Assembly (NCBI GenBank): GCA_044432785.1
Contig: JAWXUK010000001.1
Location: 145 to 64,144 of the forward strand
Source of the DNA: Eubacteriales bacterium
Lineage (GTDB): Bacteria > Bacillota > Clostridia > Oscillospirales > Oscillospiraceae
Length of the DNA: 64,000 nt
Direction: 5' to 3'
The notes below the pieces were generated by a model, which was given only the letters and a program-made list of their open reading frames with translations, did no database searches and was not told where the DNA came from. A program made the translations under genes and the position numbers. Positions within the stretch are counted from its first letter, which is position 1; every line of letters starts with the position of its first letter. This document shows, piece after piece, positions 1 through 8,387 of this stretch.

Positions 1-56
1 TTCTATGATATCGTATTATTTCTATTATATCACATCGAAAACATTTTTGTTCCTTT

Positions 57-91
57 TTGCACGAGTGGTCAATATTTTGCACGAATGGACC
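57..91. promoter_or_regulatory. Conserved 35-bp element, copy 1 of 2. It has two direct 15-bp half-sites (TTGCACGAGTGGTCA and TTGCACGAATGGACC) whose starts are 20 bp apart.
   Basis: Nearly identical to 4146-4180. Non-coding, and downstream of the 306-aa coiled-coil gene on the minus strand. Confidence 0.4.
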
Positions 92-192
92 ACCACCCAA
101 CAAAAAACCCCCTTCCCTAGCCATAACTAAGAAAGAGGGTGAAAAATGAGCGATATCCTTTGTAATCTACTACCCTATCAGAATAACAATGA

Positions 193-1113
193 TTATAATT
201 TTCTGCCACCTGTGGTAGGAAAGGATTTTTGTGGGATCTCGTTGCTTTTGCCACTCTTGTTTTGCTCGACTTCAATCTTTTTGGCAGGGCCATGCTTTTT
301 CGAAAAGGCATGGAATGACATTTCTGTTTTGCTTAAATCCTGAACTTCTTCTGGTTGCTCCAGTTTCTTATCCTCGATCTCGACCTGTTGCTCTTTTCTC
401 GGCTCTTGAGCTTGGATGGGTTCCACTTCCATTTCGGGGGTCTGGTTTTCGGGAGCCTGTGGTTCTGGGGTTCTTTCTCTCTCGGCTCGGGCTTCTGCAA
501 TGCGCTGAAGTTCAGGTTCGCAGAGCTCTTTGCGCAATTTGGATTTCTCCTCGAGGAAGCGCTCGGCAACCACCTCCACCCCTTTTTTCCGAATTTCGTT
601 TGCACCACAGAGCTCTCTGCCGTTCTTTTCGGTGAACTCTTGCTCTGCTTTGGCTTTTTCCTCGGGAATACGATTTTCACGGGCATGGGTTGCGTATGCC
701 TTTTGGGCTTCGGGACTATGGGCGAGCTTCAAATTTTCTTTATACTCATGATTGAGATAGACATCCAGACTTTCAATCACGTCGGCTTCGGGGCCTGTGC
801 GCTTTTTGTTATTGAAGAACGCAGACATATTTTTTGCCATTTTCGTCCACCATGTGGTTTGCTCGGGAAGGGGGTCGGGGGCACGGTTATCACCGTAAAG
901 TTTTGTTAAATCTTGGTGTTTGTTTGCCCGAGCCACCTCTGCAGAGGAAAATCGTGCCGATTTCGCCACCGTATTGAGGTATTTTTCCTCGATGGCTTTC
1001 TCGTGAGTGCGCAGTTTAAGTAGCACATCTCCCCTCATCGATTCTTTGGTATAGTACTCTTTGGCTTGGGCATAGACTTCCTTGGCTTCTGCTATTTTTT
1101 CCCAAAATGTCAT
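193..1113 (-). CDS. Hypothetical charged coiled-coil protein (306 aa), a short paralogue of the adjacent 972-aa protein
   Basis: RBS gatcAGGAGaatttatcATG. The N-terminus MTFWEKIAEAKEVYAQAKEYY parallels MAFWDSIKAAYRHYKEVKEY of the upstream gene. There is a shared FNxKKRT segment and KK(I/V)E-rich tail. No signal peptide or TM segment. It lies 38 nt after the upstream stop, so the two are probably co-transcribed. Confidence 0.6.
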   Translation of the reverse strand: MTFWEKIAEAKEVYAQAKEYYTKESMRGDVLLKLRTHEKAIEEKYLNTVAKSARFSSAEVARANKHQDLTKLYGDNRAPDPLPEQTTWWTKMAKNMSAFFNNKKRTGPEADVIESLDVYLNHEYKENLKLAHSPEAQKAYATHARENRIPEEKAKAEQEFTEKNGRELCGANEIRKKGVEVVAERFLEEKSKLRKELCEPELQRIAEARAERERTPEPQAPENQTPEMEVEPIQAQEPRKEQQVEIEDKKLEQPEEVQDLSKTEMSFHAFSKKHGPAKKIEVEQNKSGKSNEIPQKSFPTTGGRKL

Positions 1114-1151
1114 GATAAATTCTCCTGATCCTTGATGGATCTACCACAGGA

Positions 1152-4070
1152 TCACTTTCTTCTAGTATGTTGGTTTTGTTGTGGTTCCACTTTTTTCGAG
1201 CCGTTGATGCGCACATCTTTGGTGGTGTTACCCACCAACTCGTCCGGTGTAATCTTCCTTCTATGGGGGTTCTCTGCTTGCGCCGTATCTTTCTGTTTGT
1301 CTTTGTTTGCCTCTATTGGCTCTTTACCGATGGCGTCTGCTTTCTGATCCAGTTCTGTCAATTCTTTGGCACGTTCGGTACGATTATTTGAAATCCGTTC
1401 CTTTTCAAATTTGGGATCGAGTTTGTCGTGAGCCCCTTCTTTGAGCAGTCTTTCCACGGATTGGTCTTTGAGTTCTTCTGCAAAATTACCCTTGCGAGCA
1501 TCGAGAATTTCCTTTGCTTGATCCAATTCTTTCCGCATTTTCTGAACCTCTTCAGGCTTTACATTGGGTCTTTTTGCATAGCTTTGGTAATATCTCTCGA
1601 GGTTGTTGTGGGTTTTATCTCTCTGTGCCAGATCGTCGCTGATGATTTTGTTGGCGGCTTCTTGCTCTGGGGTGGGTGGTGGCACGAGAGTGGTGTGCAG
1701 TATTTCTTCTCTATCTAGTTCCTTCTCGGCTTTGGCACGGCTGGCACGATTTTCGGCGATCCCTGCTTTCTCTTCCTTCGTCATGTCTGCACCGAGCACT
1801 CTCTCTTTCACTTGGTCTTCGAGTTCTGCTGCAAAGGCTTCATAACGTGCATCCAGGATCTCCTTCACTTGGTCTAATCCTGCACGCATTTCGCTTAGGT
1901 TTTTGGGGTCTGCATTGGGTGCCGATGCTTGCACTTTGTAAATATCCTCTTTGTGCTGGTGGAGACGTGCTTTCTCGTCGAGTTCCATCCTGATCTCGAT
2001 ATTCTTTGCATCTAGCTCCTCTTGCTGTTTTTTCAATCTTTGCTCGGTTTCTTCGGGACTTGGTTGGTCGATCCCTTTGAGTTCTCTGTCCCTTTTGCCG
2101 AGTTCTTCCTCCTCTTTGGCACGGTTGGCACGATTTTCGGCAATCTTTTCCTTCTCTTCTGGCAATATGTTCTTTCCGAGTCTTCTCTCGGTGGCTTGAT
2201 CTTCGAGTTCTGCGTCAAAGGCTGCGAAACGTGCATTGAGGATTTCCTGTACTTGGTCGATATCGCTACGCATTTGTCTGAGATTTTCTGGCTTTTCGTT
2301 GGGTTTTTCTGTAGAGCTTTTGTAATATTTCTCCTGATTGTTGATGACCCTTTGTTGCTGGGCAAGATCATCTCTGATTTTTTTGTTGGCAAGTTCTTGC
2401 TCTGGGCTTGGGGGTGGCGTAGCACCGGTGAGCCGTTCTTCCTTCACATCGAGTTCTTTCTCGGCGATCTCACGTTTGGCACGATTATCGGCGATACGTT
2501 CTTTCTCTTCTGCCGATAGATTATCCCCTCGTACTCTCTCTTTGATTTGGTCTTTGATTTCTGCATCCAAGGCTTCATAGCGAGCATCGAGGATTTCTTT
2601 CCCTTGGTCTAATCCAGCACGCATTTCGCTGATTTTTTTGGGGTCTGGATTGGGTACCGATGCTTGCGATTTATAATATTTCTCTTGAATCTGATGGAGA
2701 CGTGCTTTCTCATCCAGTGCAGCCCTTAACTCTACGTTCTTTGGATCCTGTACCACCTCGGGGCCTACCGTTGTTAGGATCTGCTCTCTCTCGTCAAGTA
2801 CTTCCTTATCTTTGGCACGTTGCGCACGATCATTTGCAATCCTTTCTCTCTCTGCTCCATAAATGGCATCGTCGCCGATCAATTTCTCTGTGGATTGGTC
2901 ACCCAGTTCTGCCTTGAAGGCAGCCTTGTGCCCTTCCAGTATTTCGGATGCTTCCTTGACCTCTGCTTGGAGCGCTTTGATCTCTTTTGGGTCTGGTCTG
3001 GGGACATCTTCTCTGGATTTGAGGTAATTTTTCATGAAGGAAAGATTTTTTTCCTTCTCCTCAATCATGGTTTTGGTCTTATCGTTCTGTGCCTCTAGCG
3101 CAGCTTGCTTCGCAATTTTTGCAGGATCATTTTTCTCCTCGGCTTCTTTGGCTTTTCTTGCTTCTTCTGCTTTGCGCTTGGCTTCTTGTGCTGCTTTGAT
3201 TTTATCCTGTTCTGCTTTTTGCTTGGCTGCTTGCTCTGCCTTGATTCTATCCTGTTCTGCTTGATGCTTGGCGGCTTGCTCTGCTCGTTGCTTGGCTTCT
3301 TGTTCTCTTTGTTTGGCAGCTGCCGCTTCTTTCACATTTGGTAGATCTTCGACGGCTTTTTTATGTTTCTCCTTAAATTCATCGGCTTCTGCTTTGCTCT
3401 TTTTCGCATCTGCTCTAAGACTTTCGAGCTCTTCCATATACTCCTTGCGTAGGTTTTGCAGATCGAGACGTTCCTGCTTTAGCGCCTCTAGTTCATTGTC
3501 CACACTGTCAGAACTGGCAGATTGTTTCGAGGTTTTCTTGGTCTCCGAGAGGGATGCTATCTTTTTCGCCGCAACATAATCTTTTTCTGCTGCATCTTGC
3601 AACGCAGGGTGCTTCTTTAGCATAGCATCTTCGGCATAGGCATCACGAAAGTCTTTATTTTTATTCTTGCAGTACTCTACGGCTTGTTCCGACTGACCCT
3701 GCAAAGCGTCCATATCTTCTTGCAATTTAGTGCGCTCTTCTGGGGTGCGTTTTTTGCCGTTGAAGCGAACCGCCCAGTATTGCGCAGCACGTTGCAGAAA
3801 AGGTAGCTCCACCTTGATTGGGCTCTCGATATATTGCTTTTGCAACTTGGTGCAGGTCTTGACGATCTGTGCTTGTTTTTGATAGCTGTTCTTCACATGC
3901 TCGAGTTCCGTCCTGGAACCACTGATCTCTTTTGCGTACTTTGCTTCGTTCGCTACAAGTTCTTGCTGCGCTGTTCTGATCCGTTCCTCTCGAGTGCTAT
4001 CCTCGATACAGTATTCTTTTACCTCTTTGTAATGACGGTATGCAGCTTTAATGGAATCCCAAAATGCCAT
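1152..4070 (-). CDS. Large coiled-coil tandem-repeat protein (972 aa), function unknown
   Basis: The start was moved to ATG 4070, which has RBS tAGGAGGatttatt; the ORF-track start at 4151 is a GTG extension. There are five repeats of about 115-130 aa, each carrying the E(K/R)IAxNRAxRAK motif, arranged in an alternating A-B pattern. There is also an AEQAAKQKAEQD low-complexity block. No signal peptide or TM segment. Confidence 0.7.
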   Translation of the reverse strand: MAFWDSIKAAYRHYKEVKEYCIEDSTREERIRTAQQELVANEAKYAKEISGSRTELEHVKNSYQKQAQIVKTCTKLQKQYIESPIKVELPFLQRAAQYWAVRFNGKKRTPEERTKLQEDMDALQGQSEQAVEYCKNKNKDFRDAYAEDAMLKKHPALQDAAEKDYVAAKKIASLSETKKTSKQSASSDSVDNELEALKQERLDLQNLRKEYMEELESLRADAKKSKAEADEFKEKHKKAVEDLPNVKEAAAAKQREQEAKQRAEQAAKHQAEQDRIKAEQAAKQKAEQDKIKAAQEAKRKAEEARKAKEAEEKNDPAKIAKQAALEAQNDKTKTMIEEKEKNLSFMKNYLKSREDVPRPDPKEIKALQAEVKEASEILEGHKAAFKAELGDQSTEKLIGDDAIYGAERERIANDRAQRAKDKEVLDEREQILTTVGPEVVQDPKNVELRAALDEKARLHQIQEKYYKSQASVPNPDPKKISEMRAGLDQGKEILDARYEALDAEIKDQIKERVRGDNLSAEEKERIADNRAKREIAEKELDVKEERLTGATPPPSPEQELANKKIRDDLAQQQRVINNQEKYYKSSTEKPNEKPENLRQMRSDIDQVQEILNARFAAFDAELEDQATERRLGKNILPEEKEKIAENRANRAKEEEELGKRDRELKGIDQPSPEETEQRLKKQQEELDAKNIEIRMELDEKARLHQHKEDIYKVQASAPNADPKNLSEMRAGLDQVKEILDARYEAFAAELEDQVKERVLGADMTKEEKAGIAENRASRAKAEKELDREEILHTTLVPPPTPEQEAANKIISDDLAQRDKTHNNLERYYQSYAKRPNVKPEEVQKMRKELDQAKEILDARKGNFAEELKDQSVERLLKEGAHDKLDPKFEKERISNNRTERAKELTELDQKADAIGKEPIEANKDKQKDTAQAENPHRRKITPDELVGNTTKDVRINGSKKVEPQQNQHTRRK

Positions 4071-4145
4071 AATAAATCCTCCTAAAATTTCGGTTATCTT
4101 GCTATGGTTCGAGTATAGCACAAAGAATTTGCGTTGTCTCGCTTT

Positions 4146-4180
4146 TTGCACGAGTGGTCATTTTTTTGCGTGAATGGACG
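4146..4180. promoter_or_regulatory. Conserved 35-bp element, copy 2 of 2 (TTGCACGAGTGGTCA-N5-TTGCGTGAATGGACG)
   Basis: Lies in the divergent intergenic region between the coiled-coil operon (start 4070, minus) and the hemerythrin gene (start 4300, plus). It has the same half-site spacing as 57-91. Confidence 0.45.
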
Positions 4181-4221
4181 TGGGGGGGAGAATTTCTTTA
4201 CGCTTGATTCAAAAATAACCC

Positions 4222-4250
4222 TTGATTTCCCCAGAAAAATCTGGTATAAT
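4222..4250 (+). promoter_or_regulatory. Sigma-70-type promoter for the hemerythrin gene
   Basis: -35 TTGATT (4222-4227), a 17-bp spacer, and an extended -10 TGgTATAAT (TATAAT at 4245-4250), 50 nt upstream of ATG 4300. Confidence 0.5.
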
Positions 4251-4299
4251 TGAGGTAAGACAATTTTCACAGCAAAATTTCATCTTCGGAGGGGTTTTC

Positions 4300-4725
4300 A
4301 TGGTTTTTGAATGGTCAAAAGAGATCGAAACGGGAAATCGTGTCATCGATCGAGAGCATGCGCAACTATTGCGTCACCTGAACGCATTTTTAGCCGCCTG
4401 TCGCAAGGGAGACGCCCGTGACGACATCATTTCCACCTTGCAATTTCTCAAGCAATATACGGTCAGCCACTTCGCCCACGAGGAAGAACTCCAACGTCAA
4501 AGTGGTTACCCCGATTATGTCCGTCATAAGAGATTACATAGCGATTTTGTCCAAACCGTCCTCGATATCGAGCAAAAATTCCTCAAAGAGGGGTGCACCA
4601 TCCGATTAGTATGCGAAATAAACCTAGAAATCGGCAATTGGGTCATGGCACACATTAAAAATGAGGATAAAAAAATCGGACAACATATTGCTAAGCAAGA
4701 GGCACTCCGAAAACAAGGGTTGTAA
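4300..4725 (+). CDS. Bacteriohemerythrin (hemerythrin-like metal-binding protein), 141 aa
   Basis: FEWSKEIETGNRVIDREH...HFAHEE...HKRLH...HIKNED, matching the His/Glu/Asp di-iron ligand pattern. RBS GGAGGGG lies before ATG 4300. Confidence 0.85.
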   Translation: MVFEWSKEIETGNRVIDREHAQLLRHLNAFLAACRKGDARDDIISTLQFLKQYTVSHFAHEEELQRQSGYPDYVRHKRLHSDFVQTVLDIEQKFLKEGCTIRLVCEINLEIGNWVMAHIKNEDKKIGQHIAKQEALRKQGL

Positions 4726-4733
4726 TGTTAATT

Positions 4734-4761
4734 CCTCACTCAATCACAAATTTGAGTGGGG
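4734..4761 (+). terminator. Stem-loop after the hemerythrin gene
   Basis: A 10-bp stem CCTCACTCAA / TTGAGTGGGG with an 8-nt loop, followed by AATTTGCTC, which is a weak T-tract. Confidence 0.45.
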
Positions 4762-4837
4762 AATTTGCTCAAAATCCACTAATTCGAACTGAAAATTTCT
4801 GATTCTACACTCAAAAAACATTGAAAGAGAGTTCTTT

Positions 4838-5452
4838 ATGAAATTACTACACATCGACGGCTGTGTCCGTACATCTGCTTCCCGCACCCTCGCATTAACC
4901 CAACATTTCCTCGGAAAATTGTCCGAAAACTGCGCAAAAACAGGGCAACCACTCGAGACCGAAACCCTCACACTTGGGGAGCTGTCTATCTCTCACTTCG
5001 TGGGGGAGAGTTTGAAAATCCGTGATAATCTCATCAAAAAAGGGGAGTTATCCCACGAAAACTTCGATTTATCTCACCAATTCGCCGATGCAGATATCCT
5101 CGTGATCTCCGCCCCTTTCTGGGATTTGAGCCTCCCCGCCGTGGTCAAGGTCTACATCGAAAATATTTCGGTACAGGGGATCACCTTCGACATCGACGAT
5201 TCTGGTCTCTTCGGACTGTGCAAGGCACGCCATCTGGTCTATGTCACCACTCGAGGGGCATTTTATCAGGGTGGAGAGCTCGACATCGGCTCAAAATACC
5301 TCGAAGCGCTATGCAAAATGTACGGAATCGACAATTTTCACACCGTTTTTGCCGAAGGAACCGACATTGCAACCCTCGATTTGCAAAAAATCATGGAGGA
5401 AGGTCGAGAGCGAGCCGATGCGGTGGCGCAGACCATTTCCGCTCAAAAGTAA
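4838..5452 (+). CDS. Flavodoxin-fold NAD(P)H-dependent FMN oxidoreductase (AzoR / quinone reductase family)
   Basis: 204 aa, with an azoreductase-like layout (ADILVISAPFWDLSLPAVVKVYIENI...VTTRGAFY). Confidence 0.7.
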   Translation: MKLLHIDGCVRTSASRTLALTQHFLGKLSENCAKTGQPLETETLTLGELSISHFVGESLKIRDNLIKKGELSHENFDLSHQFADADILVISAPFWDLSLPAVVKVYIENISVQGITFDIDDSGLFGLCKARHLVYVTTRGAFYQGGELDIGSKYLEALCKMYGIDNFHTVFAEGTDIATLDLQKIMEEGRERADAVAQTISAQK

Positions 5453-5459
5453 CACAACA

Positions 5460-5488
5460 TCTCCCCATTTTCGGTTAGAATGGGGGGA
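5460..5488 (+). terminator. Intrinsic terminator after the oxidoreductase gene
   Basis: Stem TCTCCCCATT / AATGGGGGGA with a 9-nt loop, followed by TTTTGCTCC. Confidence 0.55.
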
Positions 5489-5564
5489 TTTTGCTCCACA
5501 TCCCCCATTTTGACAGGAAACTGTCCCGATTTTCCACCCGAACACCACTGAAAGAGAGTTTTTT

Positions 5565-6224
5565 ATGAAATTTATCCCCATTCTACTCGCCTTGATCCTC
5601 ACAGGTTGCGCAGCAGAACCCACTCCAAGCACTTCAGGCACAACCACTCCCCCCCCACAAACCACCGAACAACCCGAGGTACTCGAAGAGTCCACCGAGG
5701 ATCTAGTGGAAGAACTAACCGAAGAAGAACCCCTCGAAAATGATCCAGTTGAAGAAGAATCCACCGAAAACGGAGCTTTTTACATCAATTTTGACAGTCA
5801 AACCATGGATAACACCCCCATTACCCACGAAATTTTTGCAGACTACGACGTCACAATTATCAACGTATGGGCTACTTGGTGTCCTCCCTGTGTGGACGAA
5901 ATGCCCTACTTGCAAACTTTGTCAGAGAGCTTACCCGAAAATGCGTACTTTTTGACCATTTGTCACGATGCAGAGAGTGAAATGGAGCTCGCCACGGCTA
6001 TTCTAACCGAAACAGGGGCCACTTTCTCCACAATTATCCCTGATGAGACCCTAAATTCAGAATTCTTCCCTCTCATCCCTGCATTCCCAAGTACCCTTTA
6101 TGTCGGTTCTGATGGCGAAATCATCGGCATTATGACAGGAGTGCCTCAAGGGGATCTGGTAGAGCAGTATTTGCTCTCGCTCGACACTGTTCTCGACTAT
6201 CTCGAAACCCGTCATGAAGAATAA
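5565..6224 (+). CDS. TlpA/ResA-like thiol-disulfide oxidoreductase lipoprotein
   Basis: Lipobox LILTGC at the N-terminus, an acidic linker, and the thioredoxin motif WATWCPPC. Confidence 0.85.
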   Translation: MKFIPILLALILTGCAAEPTPSTSGTTTPPPQTTEQPEVLEESTEDLVEELTEEEPLENDPVEEESTENGAFYINFDSQTMDNTPITHEIFADYDVTIINVWATWCPPCVDEMPYLQTLSESLPENAYFLTICHDAESEMELATAILTETGATFSTIIPDETLNSEFFPLIPAFPSTLYVGSDGEIIGIMTGVPQGDLVEQYLLSLDTVLDYLETRHEE

Positions 6225-6357
6225 AACTGCATTTTATCGTGTCATTTTCCTCTCTTTGAGTGCAATTTGTCTCGGAATTGGCATATTTATGGAGCAACAC
6301 ACCACGACCATGACCAAAGCAATTCGCATCTGTTTAGAGTGCATCGGAATCGGGTGA
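6214..6357 (+). CDS. Small membrane CxxC protein (47 aa, CD1871A-like); absent from the ORF track
   Basis: Hand translation gives MKNKTAFYRVIFLSLSAICLGIGIFMEQHTTTMTKAIRICLECIGIG. It overlaps the tlpA-like stop by 11 nt and ends 4 nt before the next ATG. It has one TM helix plus CLEC. Confidence 0.6.
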   Translation: MKNKTAFYRVIFLSLSAICLGIGIFMEQHTTTMTKAIRICLECIGIG

Positions 6358-6361
6358 GCAT

Positions 6362-7213
6362 ATGCGACATTTCTTTCAATTAGGGTTTTTCGCCCTCTCA
6401 AACGGCTATTTTTTAGGATTTTTCAAGGGAAATATCTATCAAGGGAGCACAAAACAGCTCTGTTTTCCTGGTCTCAACTGCTATTCCTGTCCTTCTGCGA
6501 TGGGTGCCTGTCCAGTCGGGGCTGTCCAAGCCACCTTGACAGGGGCAAGCAAATCCATCCCCTTCTACGCCTTGGGATTCCTGCTCTTTTTCGGGGTTGT
6601 GCTCGGTCGTGGGGTGTGTGCGCTGTGCTGTCCCTTCGGTTTAGTGCAAGAACTGCTCCACAAACTTCGCCCTAAAAAGTGGAAAAAAACCATCTCACTG
6701 CCGAATATTTTCCGTAAAGTCCCCTATTTTGTACTAGGAATTTTTGTGATAGCACTCCCTATTTTGGTGACAAACAAGTTCGGGCTCAGCTCCCCTGCCT
6801 TCTGCAAGTGGATCTGTCCCTCGGGGACGCTATTTGGAGGAATACCCCTCCTTTTGGTCAATGAGAGCCTTCGAGGCAGTGTTTCTAATCTATTTTACTG
6901 GAAATTTTCGCTTTTAATCACAATTTCGCTCTGGTCTGTGGCAGAATACCGTCCATTCTGCAAATATCTCTGCCCCCTCGGGGTCTTTTACGGACTGTTC
7001 CAGTCATTCTCCCTCTATCGTATGAAATTCGAAAAATCATCTTGTATCGGGTGTGAATCTTGTCATTCTGCCTGTAAAATGGGTGTAAAAGTGACCGAAA
7101 CACCAAACTCCACCCAGTGTGTACGCTGTGGTGACTGTGTTGGTGTTTGCCCCACAAATTCTCTAAAATTAGGGTTTAGTGAGGGAAAATCTACCGAGCA
7201 GGCAATTGAATGA
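6362..7213 (+). CDS. Polytopic membrane 4Fe-4S binding protein (NapH/MauN-like)
   Basis: CYSCPSAMGACP, CCPFG, CPSG and CPLG motifs, plus a C-terminal ferredoxin-like CIGCESCHSAC...CVRCGDCVGVCP. Confidence 0.85.
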   Translation: MRHFFQLGFFALSNGYFLGFFKGNIYQGSTKQLCFPGLNCYSCPSAMGACPVGAVQATLTGASKSIPFYALGFLLFFGVVLGRGVCALCCPFGLVQELLHKLRPKKWKKTISLPNIFRKVPYFVLGIFVIALPILVTNKFGLSSPAFCKWICPSGTLFGGIPLLLVNESLRGSVSNLFYWKFSLLITISLWSVAEYRPFCKYLCPLGVFYGLFQSFSLYRMKFEKSSCIGCESCHSACKMGVKVTETPNSTQCVRCGDCVGVCPTNSLKLGFSEGKSTEQAIE

Positions 7214-7224
7214 AGGTAATAAAA

Positions 7225-7246
7225 GGAGCAGACCGAAGTCTGCTCC
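7225..7246. terminator. Bidirectional hairpin terminator GGAGCAGAC-CGAA-GTCTGCTCC
   Basis: A perfect 9-bp stem between convergent genes, flanked by an A-run on one side and a T-rich run on the other. Confidence 0.6.
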
Positions 7247-7280
7247 TTACTGTTTTATGGTTATCGACTGGAAAATAGTC

Positions 7281-8387
7281 CTACCCCTTCAGAAATTCCA
7301 TAAATAGTTTTTTGTTTTCTTGTGGACTTTCCTTCGGTCTACCCAGATTCTCACGTGATCCAATCCCACATTTCACTTCGATAAAACACAATTCTCCCTT
7401 ATTTTTCGCCATAGTCGCAAAAGAATTAAGTTCTTTTAAAGTGCTAACTTGCCAGCAATTGGGATAACCACATCCCTCAGCGATTTTGCACCAATCCAAA
7501 CCTTTCGAAATGGTGGGTGCCCCCCCAACCGACTCATGGGACTCATTATTGAGCAAAATATGGATCAAATTGTTGGGTTTTCGCTGCCCAACAAGGGCAG
7601 CACCCCCCAAATGCATGAGCATTGCGCCATCTCCGTCCAAACACCACACGGTTTTGTCAGGGCAGTTTTCTGCCAATCCTAAGGCGATGGAGGAACTGTG
7701 TCCCATCGAACCCACCGTTAAAAAGTCTTGTTGATGTTGTTCCCCGAGTTTTTCCCTCAATTCATACAATTCTCGTGAAGATTTCCCTGTCGTTGATACG
7801 ATAGGGTCTTTTTTTGTAATATTTAACAGCATTTCTAGGACGGATTCCCGTGATTCAGTGTGCTGATTACTGTAACGAATAGAATTCGGATATTCGAGTC
7901 CTCCCTTACTCACAACCAATGCAACCTGTCCACCGTTACTTAAAATATCTTCCATTTCTTGGACTATTTGCTTGAATTCATCCTCTAATGTTGATTTTTT
8001 GAGGAAAAATACCGAAATACCACCTGATTCTAGCATAGAAACGGTAGCCACTCCTTGATGAATGTGCTGAGGTTCATCTTTGGTTTCTGGTTCTCCACGC
8101 CAACCGACCAGATAAAGGCACGGAATTCGATAGACCTTTTCATGCATCAGGGACGAAACAGGGTTTAAAATGTTGCCAATTCCACTGTTTTGCAAGTAAA
8201 CCACTGGTATTTTACCGGTTGCAAGGTGATATCCAGCAGCCAAACCAACTGCATTTCCCTCGTTTGCAGCAATGACATGTTGCTTGGAAACTCCGTATTT
8301 CTCCATTAAATAATCACAAACTGCCTTTAAATAGGAATCAGGAACACCTGTAAAAAAGTCATATTTCTCCAAAAAATCAAGGTTCAT
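7281..8387 (-). CDS. aepY: Phosphonopyruvate decarboxylase (ThDP-dependent)
   Basis: 368 aa, with the characteristic N-terminus FFTGVPDSYLK and the ThDP motif GDGAMLMH...NNESH. It is in an operon with a PEP mutase. Confidence 0.85.
   Translation of the reverse strand: MNLDFLEKYDFFTGVPDSYLKAVCDYLMEKYGVSKQHVIAANEGNAVGLAAGYHLATGKIPVVYLQNSGIGNILNPVSSLMHEKVYRIPCLYLVGWRGEPETKDEPQHIHQGVATVSMLESGGISVFFLKKSTLEDEFKQIVQEMEDILSNGGQVALVVSKGGLEYPNSIRYSNQHTESRESVLEMLLNITKKDPIVSTTGKSSRELYELREKLGEQHQQDFLTVGSMGHSSSIALGLAENCPDKTVWCLDGDGAMLMHLGGAALVGQRKPNNLIHILLNNESHESVGGAPTISKGLDWCKIAEGCGYPNCWQVSTLKELNSFATMAKNKGELCFIEVKCGIGSRENLGRPKESPQENKKLFMEFLKG

Noticed and set aside
1132-4085. About fifteen plus-strand ORFs of 60-165 aa antisense to the coiled-coil genes (together with a few minus-strand out-of-frame ORFs in the same span and similar ones across 146-909)
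   Set aside because: They are low-complexity Ser/Leu/Phe-rich translations produced by the reverse complement of a Glu/Lys/Ala-rich repeat gene. They have no RBSs and overlap one another in several frames.
5309-5764. A 151-aa Ser/Gly-rich minus-strand ORF spanning the azoreductase-like/tlpA-like intergenic region
   Set aside because: It is antisense to the acidic linker of the TlpA-like lipoprotein and crosses a terminator hairpin. It has low-complexity composition and no RBS.
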